Sequence record: MN158210.1
Origin: Escherichia phage BEK12A
DNA length: 52,716 nt
Direction: 5' to 3' (one strand)
The notes under the pieces are model-generated. The model searched no databases, was not told the origin of the DNA, and saw nothing but the letters and a program-made list of their open reading frames with translations. Positions 9,925-20,300 of this stretch are shown piece after piece. The translations under genes and the position numbers were made by a program. Positions within the stretch are counted from its first letter, which is position 1; every line of letters begins with the position of its first letter.

Positions 9925-10315
9925 TTTAATGTTGGCGGCAAGAAAGGCGCTGGCGGCTGAATATGAATCACGATTTAAGATAGCCTATGAAAACGTTGAT
10001 TTTGTGCCGCCTGGAGATGGTTCTATGTGGTTAAAATTTAACTACATGGAAGCAGACACGGATCGCATATCTCTTGATAGAAAATGTGTTTCTTATATCG
10101 GTTTGGTTCAGGTTGGGATTGTCATTCCTCCTGGCGGTGGCACTGATAAAGCGCGTTTGCTGGCTAAAGAGATTGCGAGATTTTTCTATGATGGTAGAAT
10201 GATTGAAACTGGCTATATTAGCGAGGGGGCAAACGTCCACACATTACTAAAAAGTGAAACAGGTTGGTTCTTGCCGATCCGTTTCAGTGTTAGGCTTGAT
10301 ACAAAGGAGGAATAA
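9914..10315 (+). CDS. putative tail terminator / completion protein
   Basis: 133 aa, immediately upstream of major tail protein. Confidence 0.4.
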   Translation: MHYDLMLAARKALAAEYESRFKIAYENVDFVPPGDGSMWLKFNYMEADTDRISLDRKCVSYIGLVQVGIVIPPGGGTDKARLLAKEIARFFYDGRMIETGYISEGANVHTLLKSETGWFLPIRFSVRLDTKEE

Positions 10316-10317
10316 TC

Positions 10318-10980
10318 ATGCACTTGCCTAATGGTTCTCAAATTTTCATCGGCGTTAATATGGGCGATCCGATTCAGGCTACGGCTATCACTAACGCTAA
10401 TGAGCCTGTATTTACAGCGACCGACACAAAAAATATCAATAAGGGTGCTTATGTTCTGATTGAAACGTCTTCGTGGGGTAAGTTGGTTAGCCGCGTGTTG
10501 CGCGTTAAGGCCGTTACAGACAATGAAAGTGTTACCCTTGAAGGTGTAGACACAACCGATCAGAGCGTGTTTCCGGCTGGTTCTAATACAGCAACCTTCC
10601 GAGAAGTAAAATCATGGGTAGAGATTCCTTGCGTACAGGATCTTGCGCAGGACGGAGGCGAGCAACAGTATTACACTTATCAGTGTTTGGCTGATGACCA
10701 GGAGCAGCAGTTACCGACCTATAAGAGCGCCGTTTCTCTTACCTACACTTTCGCGCATGAATATGATAATCCGATTTATCCGATCTTGCGCGATGCTGAG
10801 GAATCAGGCGACGTAACCGCTTTGCGTATGTATGTTCCGAAAGCTAAAGAGATGCGTTGCTGGGCTGGGGCGTTGTCTTTTAATGACATTCCACAAACCA
10901 CTATGAACGAAATCGAGACTGTTTCCCTTTCCGTATCCCTGAAAGGTCGATTTACGTTCTTATCTTCCGACATTAATTAA
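10318..10980 (+). CDS. major tail protein
   Basis: 220 aa preceded by AAGGAGGAA RBS and followed by a strong terminator; position before chaperone and tape measure. Confidence 0.6.
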   Translation: MHLPNGSQIFIGVNMGDPIQATAITNANEPVFTATDTKNINKGAYVLIETSSWGKLVSRVLRVKAVTDNESVTLEGVDTTDQSVFPAGSNTATFREVKSWVEIPCVQDLAQDGGEQQYYTYQCLADDQEQQLPTYKSAVSLTYTFAHEYDNPIYPILRDAEESGDVTALRMYVPKAKEMRCWAGALSFNDIPQTTMNEIETVSLSVSLKGRFTFLSSDIN

Positions 10981-10985
10981 AACAA

Positions 10986-11006
10986 GGGGCGTTGCGCCCC
11001 TTTTTT
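10986..11006. terminator. rho-independent terminator (hairpin flanked by T-run; also readable from the minus strand)
   Basis: GGGGCGTTGCGCCCC plus TTTTTTC. Confidence 0.6.
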
Positions 11007-11046
11007 CATTCCTGTAAAATCAATCTATCAAATAAATCAATTACAC

Positions 11047-11064
11047 TTTTAACAAAAAGTGCTA
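11047..11064 (-). promoter_or_regulatory. conserved 20-bp box, reverse orientation, directly before chaperone RBS
   Basis: TTTTAACAAAAAGTGCTA followed by CAAGGAG and ATG. Confidence 0.5.
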
Positions 11065-11079
11065 CAAGGAGAAATTAAA

Positions 11080-11394
11080 ATGGCAAAGATGAAATTAACA
11101 CTTGGCCCACTGCCGGACTTCAAGCTACCAGTAAACTTCGTTATGCCTGACGGGAGCGAACAGAAAATCATTTTCACCGTGAAGCACAAGAAAGCGACGG
11201 AGGTCCAGGAGCTTTACCGGAAAGATGGGATCAAAGATTCCGACTTTATCATGAACATTGCGACGGGTTGGGATCTTGAAGAAGAATTTAACCACGAAAA
11301 CGCAAAACTGTTAGTCGATTATTACCCTGGGTCAGCGTTGGCGCTCGTTCAATCCTACTTAGGCGCTCTGGCTGGTCAGCGCGTAAAGGGTTAA
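11080..11394 (+). CDS. tail assembly chaperone
   Basis: 104 aa directly upstream of tape measure; RBS AAGGAG. Confidence 0.55.
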   Translation: MAKMKLTLGPLPDFKLPVNFVMPDGSEQKIIFTVKHKKATEVQELYRKDGIKDSDFIMNIATGWDLEEEFNHENAKLLVDYYPGSALALVQSYLGALAGQRVKG

Positions 11395-11705
11395 GGCGCG
11401 CGGTTTACCTGTTTTACCAGAAGCCACCGACAGACGCAGAGCTTGAAGCGGTCGGATTAACACGCGCCGACTACGAAGGCGAGGAGCCGCCGGAGGTTAT
11501 TTTCGATGAAAGCATGATGCAATCATGGGATGTTTTTTGTGCAATGCAAACGCAGTGGAGAAGCGCCGGATCTGGCGCTTACGGATTTGACTATAATGTT
11601 TTGCCGATGTTGTTCAGAATCTATAAAATAGAAGATGAAGAAATGGCCTTAAACGATTTGCGAATCATGGAACAAAAAGCATTAGAAATGATGCACCAAA
11701 AATAG
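11292..11705 (+). CDS. possible -1 frameshift extension of tail assembly chaperone (G/GT-like)
   Basis: the -1 frame is open from about 11292 to 11705, overlapping the 3' end of the chaperone ORF; no canonical slippery heptamer identified. Confidence 0.3.
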   Translation, partial: PRKRKTVSRLLPWVSVGARSILLRRSGWSARKGLRRAVYLFYQKPPTDAELEAVGLTRADYEGEEPPEVIFDESMMQSWDVFCAMQTQWRSAGSGAYGFDYNVLPMLFRIYKIEDEEMALNDLRIMEQKALEMMHQK

Positions 11706-11711
11706 CAATCA

Positions 11712-11735
11712 AAGCGCCTACTGGCGCTTTTTTAA
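11712..11735 (+). terminator. terminator-like hairpin
   Basis: AAGCGCCTACTGGCGCTT plus TTTTTAAT. Confidence 0.45.
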
Positions 11736-11753
11736 TATCTGGAGTAAATGAAC

Positions 11754-14678
11754 ATGGCTGATAAATACGCAGGCTTAACACTTGGCGTTGACGTGTCGCA
11801 GGTAACGAATGCTGTTAAATCATTGCAGCAGTTCAAGAAGGCCAACGACGACGCAAAGAGCAGCGTCGAGGGATTCGTTGATACTGAGGCAATCGCACGA
11901 CAGCAGGCTAAACAGCTTGCCGAGGAATTGCGCAGGCAGCGAGCGGAGTTTAGAAAAATTCAGGACTCCATTGATCCTACAGCGGCAAAAATGGATAAGT
12001 TGCGACAAGCGGCATCACAGCTTGATTCCCTTTGGAAAAAAGGCGTAGTGCCGGATGATACTTTTTTTGAGCTTGGCGCCATCTTGGAAACGCAGCAGAA
12101 TAAGCTGATCGCCACAAAGAAAGCATTAACCGAAGAAGGCCGAGCAGCAGCAGAGGAAGCGAAACAGAAAGCCCGTGCAGAGGCTGAGGCGCGTAAATTC
12201 ATCTCTGCATTGCAACAGCAAGCTGAGGCAGCAGGGAAAACCAGGGAGGAATTGCTGGAGATTCGCGCCGCGCAACTAGGGGTAAGTGCTGAAGCAGCGC
12301 CATTTATCTCGCAGATGAAAGCGCAGGATAAGCAAGCCCAAAAATTAGGCATCTCAATGGGGCAATATCGGCATGCTATGCAAATGCTTCCAGCGCAAAT
12401 CACTGACGTGGTTACTTCGCTTGCTTCCGGTATGCCTGTGTGGCTGGTTGCTATCCAGCAGGGGGGGCAGATTAAGGACTCTTTCGGCGGAATCTCTAAC
12501 ACGTTCAAAGTGTTGTTGTCGTACCTTAATCCGGTAAATGTTGGCGTTGGTGCGCTTGTTGTTTCCCTGGGTGCTTTGGTGAAAGCTGGTTATGATTCCT
12601 ACTCTTCGCAACGAAACTTGCATGAGGCGTTAGTCCTGACTGGAGGTTATGCAGGAACTAACGCGGCGCAATTCGAAAAGATGGCGCAGGACATCAACAG
12701 TAGCACGAATGCAACGATTGGAAGTATCCGCAATATTGCAACCGAGCTTGCAAGATCCGGTAAGTTTACGATTACCCAAATCAGGGCAATCACCAAAACG
12801 ACGACGCAATGGTCAGCGGTAACGGGCGAATCAAGCGGAAAGATTACGGAATACTTTAACAAGATTGCTGACGATCCGGTCAAAGGTCTTGCTAAGCTAA
12901 ACGAAGAATTTAACTTCCTGAAACAAGGCCAGCTAACCTATATCGCCGACCTTGAAAAAACCAGCGGCAAAACTGCGGCAGTAACACGTGCGACCGAGCT
13001 ATTCGCCGATGTAATGGAGCAACGCCTTGCCAACCTTGCCGATTCAGCAACGCCGTTAGAAAAGATGTGGGACGACGTGCGCAAGTGGGCTTCTGACGCC
13101 TGGGGATGGGTAGGCGATCACACAATTGGTGCGCTTAACCTGATCACTGACGTTGTGGCGGCAACGGTTGAGCAGGTTCGCTACTTGCTTAATCAGGGTG
13201 ATATTCTGATCGGTGAGTTTGTTATTTCTGCCACTAAAGCAATGCAGAACATCCCAGGACTTAGCGGTGTTGGCGATGAATTTATCAAGCAGCAGCAGGA
13301 AATCATCGACCAGAGCAAGAAGGAAAACGAAGAACTGGCGAAGTCCATCGAAGAACGCGACGCGCGAGTCAGAAATGGCGAGATGGGTTACATTGAAATG
13401 ATGCGTGAACGCGCGGCGACAGAGCAGCAGTATTCCGAGAAGACGCGCGAAGCAATCAGGAAAGAGGCCGAAGAACTGGCGAAGCGTGACAAAGCACGTT
13501 CTCAAAAGGTCAAAGTGTCGGCTGGAGACAGGATTGAGGATCAGTATCAGCGAGACATTGTTGCACTGGAGACTCAATTGCGAGTATTGAAGGAGCACGA
13601 AACTGTCATTGCATCAATCAGCCAGCAGCGCCGTGCGTTATGGACTGAGCAAGCAAAAATCCAGGTCTTGCAGGAAGCATCACAGAAACGCCAGCTTACT
13701 GACGAAGAAAAAAGCATTATTGCCAACAAGGATAAGATCCTTTCGCTGGCAGAGCAGCGGGCTATACTTGGCGACCAGATCCAGTTGCAGGATACATCAA
13801 TTAAATTCTTGCATCGTCAAAAGGAAACGCTTCAATCACTTGAGCTACAGCAAAAAGGCATGAGCGACCGAGAGACGCAAAGGGAGCTTGAACGGCAACG
13901 CATCGTAACTGACTGGCTGGCAAAAGGCGGTCAGCTTACTGATGCAAGACTCGCCGAGATGATTGATAAGATCAACGAAGTCTACGCAATGCAAGATGAG
14001 TTGAGCATGAATTCAATCGCAGGGATTGAACGCTCTACGAAAAACTGGATTGATTCGGCTATGGATTTGGGCGGTCAATTTGGTAACGTAATGACAAACG
14101 CGTTAAACGGAATTAGCGATCAGTTTGTGGAGCTATTGAGCACAGGCAAAAGCAGTTTTAAAGACTTCGCATCTTCAATCATCAAAATGATTATGAACAT
14201 CATTACGCAGTTGAGTATTGCCTACGCAATTCAGGCAGCAATGGGATGGGTTAGCGGAAGTCCTAAAACTGGCGGCGGATCTGGTCAGTCATTCCCCGTT
14301 CCGTCATTCCGTCCTCGCGGCTTCTCTGATGGCGGTTACACTGGCGACGGCGGGAAATATGAAGCGGCTGGAGTGGTTCACAAGGGTGAATTTGTCATGA
14401 CGAAGGAGGCAACGAAGCGGATCGGAGTTGGCAATCTTTACAAGCTGATGCGCGGTTATGCTAACGGCGGCGTGGTTGGTGGTTCCAGCTATAGCGGCGG
14501 TGGCATCAATGCTGGCGCGGCGCAATTCAATATCGGCGGGATTAGCGTTGATATTAACAACGGTAGCGATCCGAAGGGTATCGAAACTGGCGTTAAGATG
14601 ATCTTTACTGATATGATTAGACGTTCATGTATGCAGGGCGGGGAGGTTTACGAATTTGTTATGAGCAAGCGAGGTTGA
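11754..14678 (+). CDS. tail tape measure protein
   Basis: about 974 aa, long coiled-coil Ala/Gln/Glu-rich middle, Gly-rich C-terminal region; position after chaperone. Confidence 0.85.
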   Translation: MADKYAGLTLGVDVSQVTNAVKSLQQFKKANDDAKSSVEGFVDTEAIARQQAKQLAEELRRQRAEFRKIQDSIDPTAAKMDKLRQAASQLDSLWKKGVVPDDTFFELGAILETQQNKLIATKKALTEEGRAAAEEAKQKARAEAEARKFISALQQQAEAAGKTREELLEIRAAQLGVSAEAAPFISQMKAQDKQAQKLGISMGQYRHAMQMLPAQITDVVTSLASGMPVWLVAIQQGGQIKDSFGGISNTFKVLLSYLNPVNVGVGALVVSLGALVKAGYDSYSSQRNLHEALVLTGGYAGTNAAQFEKMAQDINSSTNATIGSIRNIATELARSGKFTITQIRAITKTTTQWSAVTGESSGKITEYFNKIADDPVKGLAKLNEEFNFLKQGQLTYIADLEKTSGKTAAVTRATELFADVMEQRLANLADSATPLEKMWDDVRKWASDAWGWVGDHTIGALNLITDVVAATVEQVRYLLNQGDILIGEFVISATKAMQNIPGLSGVGDEFIKQQQEIIDQSKKENEELAKSIEERDARVRNGEMGYIEMMRERAATEQQYSEKTREAIRKEAEELAKRDKARSQKVKVSAGDRIEDQYQRDIVALETQLRVLKEHETVIASISQQRRALWTEQAKIQVLQEASQKRQLTDEEKSIIANKDKILSLAEQRAILGDQIQLQDTSIKFLHRQKETLQSLELQQKGMSDRETQRELERQRIVTDWLAKGGQLTDARLAEMIDKINEVYAMQDELSMNSIAGIERSTKNWIDSAMDLGGQFGNVMTNALNGISDQFVELLSTGKSSFKDFASSIIKMIMNIITQLSIAYAIQAAMGWVSGSPKTGGGSGQSFPVPSFRPRGFSDGGYTGDGGKYEAAGVVHKGEFVMTKEATKRIGVGNLYKLMRGYANGGVVGGSSYSGGGINAGAAQFNIGGISVDINNGSDPKGIETGVKMIFTDMIRRSCMQGGEVYEFVMSKRG

Positions 14679-14680
14679 TA

Positions 14681-15031
14681 ATGAAGATGGATCAGTTTAA
14701 GTGGTGTACGCAGGTTCAGAACGGCGGCGGGGCAATGACGTCATCGAATAACGATCGAGAGATTGCATTCGGTAACGGATACACACAGGTAGCATCTGGA
14801 GGTTTTAACACAATCCGGCGAGAGTTTAGCATTGTTTACGCTGGGCTTGATTACAGAGATGTTGTCAAGTTCCTGAATGAGCACAGGCTAAAACCTTTCT
14901 TGTGGATCATGCCAGATGGAAGCCCTGGATTGTTTAGGGTGAAAAGCGGTAGCGTCGGGCTTACCCCATTGTCGCCAACCGTTCAGGAAGTAAAAGCCAC
15001 TTTTACGGAACAATTTACATCAATGCAGTAA
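14681..15031 (+). CDS. minor tail protein (lambda gpM-like slot)
   Basis: ATG at codon 19 of the 14627 ORF, 3 nt after tape measure stop; about 116 aa. Confidence 0.55.
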   Translation: MKMDQFKWCTQVQNGGGAMTSSNNDREIAFGNGYTQVASGGFNTIRREFSIVYAGLDYRDVVKFLNEHRLKPFLWIMPDGSPGLFRVKSGSVGLTPLSPTVQEVKATFTEQFTSMQ

Positions 15032-15034
15032 TTT

Positions 15035-15059
15035 AAAGCCGCCTTTGTGCGGCTTTTTT
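15035..15059 (+). terminator. rho-independent terminator
   Basis: AAAGCCGCCTTTGTGCGGCTTT plus TTTTC. Confidence 0.55.
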
Positions 15060-15093
15060 CTTGATGTTACAATGAGCAAAAAGGAGGTAGAAA

Positions 15094-15855
15094 ATGGCTA
15101 ATAAAGAATCAGGTAGAGTTGAATTTGAGAACTGCCTACAAAGTTTGTACCCAGGCGAGATTATAACGCTTGTAGAGATTGACGGGACGAAGTTCGGAGC
15201 AAATATTTACCGATTTCACAATGAGAACATCTCTTATACTGCCGAGGAATTAATGCAAGCGCAGCAAACCGGAGTATTGCCGCCGAAAGATATTATTTTC
15301 CAGGGTGAGGTTTACGGAGCGCGGCCTTTCGGTGTTAGCGGGATTAACTTCACAAGTAACGGCAGGGCAGATAAGCCTCAGCTTATGGTGTCAAACCTTG
15401 ACAGCAGGGTTAGCGCCATGATCAGAAATTACAATGGCATGATGCAAGCAAGGGTGACTTTCTGGATCACGGCAAAGGAATTTATCGGAGAAGGCGGAGC
15501 AATCAAAGATGGCGCTTACAGAAAATTGGTTTATTACATTGAGCGCCCAAGCCAGTATAATAGAGAGGTGGCGAAATTTGATCTGACATCGCCTTACGAT
15601 ATGGATGGATTAATGATCCCGCCGCGCATCACTCAAAGCGTTTGCTATTGGGCGCAAAGGGGGTGGTACAGGAGCGGAAAGGGTTGCTCTTATAACGGAT
15701 CGGCAATGTTCGATAAAGACAATAAGCCAGTAACAGATCCATCGCAAGACTATTGCGCAGGAACTGTAACGGCTTGCAAATTGAGATTCGGTCAGCAAAA
15801 CGAGTTGGATTTCGGCGGTTGCGCGGTGGCGTCACTGCTACGGAGGAATCAATAA
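15094..15855 (+). CDS. minor tail protein (lambda gpL-like)
   Basis: 253 aa; cysteine cluster near C-terminus; synteny M-L-K-I-J. Confidence 0.6.
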   Translation: MANKESGRVEFENCLQSLYPGEIITLVEIDGTKFGANIYRFHNENISYTAEELMQAQQTGVLPPKDIIFQGEVYGARPFGVSGINFTSNGRADKPQLMVSNLDSRVSAMIRNYNGMMQARVTFWITAKEFIGEGGAIKDGAYRKLVYYIERPSQYNREVAKFDLTSPYDMDGLMIPPRITQSVCYWAQRGWYRSGKGCSYNGSAMFDKDNKPVTDPSQDYCAGTVTACKLRFGQQNELDFGGCAVASLLRRNQ

Positions 15856-16586
15856 TGATTAGTGCAAAAATTAAACTTGAAATAATGCAGCACGTTAAAG
15901 AGGAATACCCTAAAGAGGCTTGCGGCGTCATAACTCAAAAGTCACGGGTACAGAAATATCACCGCATAACCAACGTGCATGACGATCCAGAAAATCATTT
16001 TGAAATGGACGCCGTAGAATACGCTGAATCGCTCGACAAAGGCGAATTAATCGCGGTGGTGCATTCCCATTGCGGTGATGGTGCTAGTACGATACCGAGC
16101 GCGCACGACTCATGTATGTGCGATGAAATGGGTGTGTCGTGGATTATAGTGTCATGGCCCGAAGGTGATATGAGAATTGTCGAGCCGCAGGAGAGGCCGC
16201 TTATCGGTCGCCCGTGGTCGCTTGGGTCGTTCGATTGCTGGGGTCTTATCATGGCGTGGCATAAACAGCACGGAGTAGTATTGAATGACTTCCGAAAGCC
16301 TTACGAGTGGTGGAAGTCAGAATATGGTGAAAATCTTTACCAGGATAATTATTTAAAAGAGGGATTTATTGAAACTAACGAGCCTCCAAAGCCTGGCGAT
16401 ATGGTTATCATGCAGCTATCATCGCCAGTCTGGAATCATGCGGGGATTTATTTGGGTAACAACCAGCTATTACATCATGCGTTTGGAAAGCTATCTCGCA
16501 TCGACTTGTATTCTGGATGGTATCAGGAGCACACTGTAAAAATTTGCCGACATAAGGATCTGAAATATGACATTGAAAGTAATTAA
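15855..16586 (+). CDS. tail assembly protein (lambda gpK-like, MPN/JAB plus NlpC/P60 peptidase)
   Basis: ATG at codon 35 of the 15753 ORF; EACGV..HSHCGDGASTIPSAHD (JAMM-like) and C/H peptidase-like residues. Confidence 0.7.
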   Translation: MISAKIKLEIMQHVKEEYPKEACGVITQKSRVQKYHRITNVHDDPENHFEMDAVEYAESLDKGELIAVVHSHCGDGASTIPSAHDSCMCDEMGVSWIIVSWPEGDMRIVEPQERPLIGRPWSLGSFDCWGLIMAWHKQHGVVLNDFRKPYEWWKSEYGENLYQDNYLKEGFIETNEPPKPGDMVIMQLSSPVWNHAGIYLGNNQLLHHAFGKLSRIDLYSGWYQEHTVKICRHKDLKYDIESN

Positions 16587-17163
16587 GCTATCTGGTTCCC
16601 TGGGTCGTAGATTTGGCGTCTTTCACAAAATGGCGGTTGACTCATACCCCGAAGCAATACGCGCGTTATCTTCCCAGGTTGAAGGGTTCAAGGACTACAT
16701 GCAAAGCGAAGTAGGATCGCGAATGAAGTATGCTGTATTCGTTGATGGAAAAAACGTTGGTCAGCATGATGAAAAATCATGGAAGTGCGCGCGAGAGGTT
16801 CGAATAGTTCCTGTTCCAACTGGTTCTAAGTCCGGCGGCCTGTTCAATGTTGTTTTTGGTGCTGTAATTATGGCTACTGCGTTCATTACTGGCGGTGCAA
16901 GCCTGGCGGCTATGGGCGCTTTTGCATCTTCCGCATTTATGATGGGTGGTGCTATCGCGCTTGGCGGTGTCATGCAAATGATCTCTCCGCAGCAGGGCGG
17001 AATGAAACTGCAAAGCCAATCAGCAGAAAACAAGCCTTCTTACGCTTTCGGCGGCGCAGTAAATACCACGGCGGCAGGTTATCCGGTTCCTTTGCCATAT
17101 GGATATAGGACAGTAGGCGGCGCGATCTGGTCGGCTGGCAGCTACGCAGAAGATAAGGCTTAA
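16567..17163 (+). CDS. tail assembly protein (lambda gpI-like)
   Basis: 198 aa with Gly/Ala-rich hydrophobic C-terminal half; synteny. Confidence 0.55.
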   Translation: MTLKVIKLSGSLGRRFGVFHKMAVDSYPEAIRALSSQVEGFKDYMQSEVGSRMKYAVFVDGKNVGQHDEKSWKCAREVRIVPVPTGSKSGGLFNVVFGAVIMATAFITGGASLAAMGAFASSAFMMGGAIALGGVMQMISPQQGGMKLQSQSAENKPSYAFGGAVNTTAAGYPVPLPYGYRTVGGAIWSAGSYAEDKA

Positions 17164-17178
17164 TTAAACTGGCGTTAA

Positions 17179-17207
17179 TTGACTTTTTATTTTAGTTGTG
17201 AATAATA
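17179..17207 (+). promoter_or_regulatory. sigma-70-like promoter (TTGACT-17-ATAATA)
   Basis: consensus-like hexamers with 17-bp spacer in the I-J intergenic gap. Confidence 0.5.
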
Positions 17208-17274
17208 CATGACACGTAGTGTTTTTGCCGAAGTACTACAGTAACATCTCAACTTAACAAATATAAATTACACA

Positions 17275-17304
17275 AAGACCGTGCATTGCACGGTCTTTTT
17301 TTTG
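17275..17304 (+). terminator. strong rho-independent terminator
   Basis: AAGACCGTGCATTGCACGGTCTT plus TTTTTTTT, only about 70 nt downstream of the promoter. Confidence 0.7.
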
Positions 17305-17348
17305 CCCGTATAATTCAACAAATCAAATAGCACAAAAGGTGAAAAAGC

Positions 17349-20300
17349 ATGGCTGAAAATATGATAACTGGCAGTAAGGGCGGAAGCAAAAAGCCATACG
17401 TGCCAAAAGAGATGGAAGATAACCTGATCTCGATAAACAAGATTAAAGTTTTGCTGGCTGTATCTGATGGCGAATGCGATCCAGATTTCACGTTGCGTGA
17501 TCTTTATCTTGATGATGTTCCGGTTATTGCCAGCGATGGCACTGTTAACTATGAGGGGGTAACGGCTGAATATAGACCAGGTACACAGACGCAAGATTAC
17601 ATCCAGGGGTTTACTGACACATCAAGCGAGGTGACAGTTTCGCGAGATATTACAGCAGACAATCCCTATATTATCTCTGTAACAAATAAAAATCTTTCTG
17701 CAATCAGAATCAAGATTCTGATGCCAGTTGGCATAAAACAGGAGGATAACGGCGATCTTGTTGGTGTAAGGGTTCAATATGCCGTAGATATGGCTGTTGA
17801 TGGCGGTTCTTATAACGAGGTTATGAGAGATGTAATTGATGGCAAGACAAGATCAGGATATGACCGCAGCAGAAGGATTGATCTTCCTAAGTTTGATGAG
17901 CGCGTTTTAATCAGGGTCAAGCGACTGACTCCAGACAGCACATCTTCAAAGGTGACTGATAAAATCAAACTGCAAAGTTACGCTGAGGTTGTGGATGCAA
18001 AATTCCGTTATCCTCTGACTGGCCTTGTATTCGTAGAATTTGACAGCGAATTGTTTCCTACGCAAATCCCTAACATTTCTATAAAAAAGAAATGGAAGAT
18101 TATTAATGTGCCAAGCAACTATGATCCAATATCTAGAGAATATCACGGGTCATGGGATGGGACTTTTAAAAAAGCGTGGTCAAATAATCCTGCTTGGGTT
18201 CTTTATGATCTGGTAACTAATCAGCGTTATGGACTTGACCAGCGAGAGTTAGGAATACAGATCGACAAGTGGAGCTTATACGAGGCTGGTGTTTACTGTG
18301 ATCAGAAAGTTCCAGACGGTAAGGGCGGTACAGAGCCTCGCTACCTATGCGATGTGGTGATCCAGAATCAGGTTGAGGCTTATCAGCTAATCCGTGACAT
18401 TTGCTCAATCTTTCGCGGAATGAGCTTTTGGAATGGAGAGAGCTTATCAATCGTAATTGATAAACCGCGCGATCCATCATACGTGTTTACTAATGAAAAC
18501 GTCATCAACGGTGATTTTCAGTACACAGCAGCAAGCGAAAAAAGCATGTACACGCAATGTAATGTGACGTTTGACGACGAACAAAACATGTATCAGCAGG
18601 ACGTAGAGGGGGTTTTTGATACTGAGGCGGCATTACGATTTGGATACAATCCAACAAGCATTACAGCGATCGGGTGTACACGCAGGAGCGAAGCGAATCG
18701 TCGCGGTCGGTGGGTTTTGAAAACAAACCTTAGAAGCACTACTGTAAACTTTGCTACCGGACTAGAGGGGATGATTCCATCCATAGGTGATGTGATTGCT
18801 ATCGCTGATAATTTTCAGAGCAGCAATCTAACGCTAAATCTTTCGGGCCGAGTAATGGAAGTTTCAGGCTTGCAAGTTTTCGTTCCGTTTAAGGTTGATG
18901 CGCGTCCTGGTGATTTTATTATCATCAACAAGCCGGACGGAAAGCCAGTTAAGCGAACGATCTCAAAGGTGAGCGCAGACGGAAAAACCATTGAGTTAAA
19001 TATTGGCTTTGGTTTTGATGTTAAGCCTGATACTGTTTTTGCGATTGACCGTACTGACCTTGCGTTGCAGCAATACGTTGTGACAACTATCAGCAAGGGT
19101 GATGACGAAAACGAGTTTACCTATTCAATCACGGCTGTAGAGTACGATCCGAACAAATACGACGAGATTGATTATGGAGTAAACATTGATGACAGGCCAA
19201 CTTCAATTGTTCAGCCTGACGTGATGGCAGCGCCTGAGAACGTGCAGATCTCTTCTTATTCTCGCGTCGTGCAGGGTGTAAGCGTTGAAACTATGGTTGT
19301 GTCGTGGGAAAAAGTGCCTTATGCATCGCTCTATGAAATGCAGTGGCGTAAAGGTGATGGAAACTGGCTGAATACACCACAGACCGCAAACAAAGAAATT
19401 GAGGTTGAAGGTATTTATTCAGGTAACTACCAAGTAAGGGTGAGATCTGTTTCTGCTTCCGGTTCTACGTCGCCGTGGTCAAAGATTGCAACCGCCACCC
19501 TGACAGGTAAAGTTGGCGAGCCAGGAGCGCCGATTAATCTTACAGCTTCTGATAATGAAGTTTTTGGCATTCGTGTCAAATGGGGTATGCCGGAAGGATC
19601 GGGCGATACGGCTTACATTGAGCTTCACCAATCGCCAGATGGGACGGTGGAAAACTCAAGTTTGCTTACGCTGATCCCGTATCCTCAATATGAGTATTGG
19701 CATAGCACGTTACCAGCGGGTCAAGTTGTATGGTATAGAATCCGTAGCGTTGACAGGATCGGCAACGTTTCCGGCTGGACTGACTTTGTTCGCGGCATGG
19801 CGTCAGATGATGTTGAATCTGTTTTAGGCGACATTCTGGACAAGATTTTTGATACCGAAGCGGGTCAAGAAATCAAAGAGAACGCCATAGACAGTGCAAA
19901 CAAAATCAAAGACCAGGCGCAATCAATCATCCAGAACGCATTGGCAAACGATGCCGATGTGAAGTGGACGCGAGTACAAAACGGAAAGCGTAAGGCTGAA
20001 TATGGTCATGCACTGGAGCTTATTGCTAACGAAACGGAGGCGCGAGTAACTCAAATCGAAGAGTTAAAGGCGTCAATTGATGAAGATATAGTTTCAAGTA
20101 TCAAAACCGTTCAGGAAGCGATTGCCAATGAATCAGAGACGCGAGCTACTCAAGTTCAGCAGCTTGATTCTAAATTTACGAAGGAAATAGACGGCGTAAA
20201 ACGAGATACGGCTGCAAGCATTGGCGAGGTAAGGCAAACCATTACCAATGAATCAGAAGCGCGTGCTCAAGCCGTTCAGCAGCTTGACGCTAAGTTCACG

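Noticed and set aside
11809-14525. Multiple ORFs on both strands inside the tape measure gene (for example 11960..12508 minus, 13056..13598 minus, 13213..13590 plus)
   Set aside because: They lie entirely within a long, well-supported coding gene in alternative frames, lack ribosome-binding sites, and have low-complexity Ser/Arg/Cys-rich translations typical of shadow ORFs.
17946-19096. Minus-strand ORFs within the J-like gene, and the similar shadow ORFs in the side tail fiber (25190..26940) and helicase (29022..29758)
   Set aside because: Embedded in long genes with strong coding signal on the other strand; no start context.
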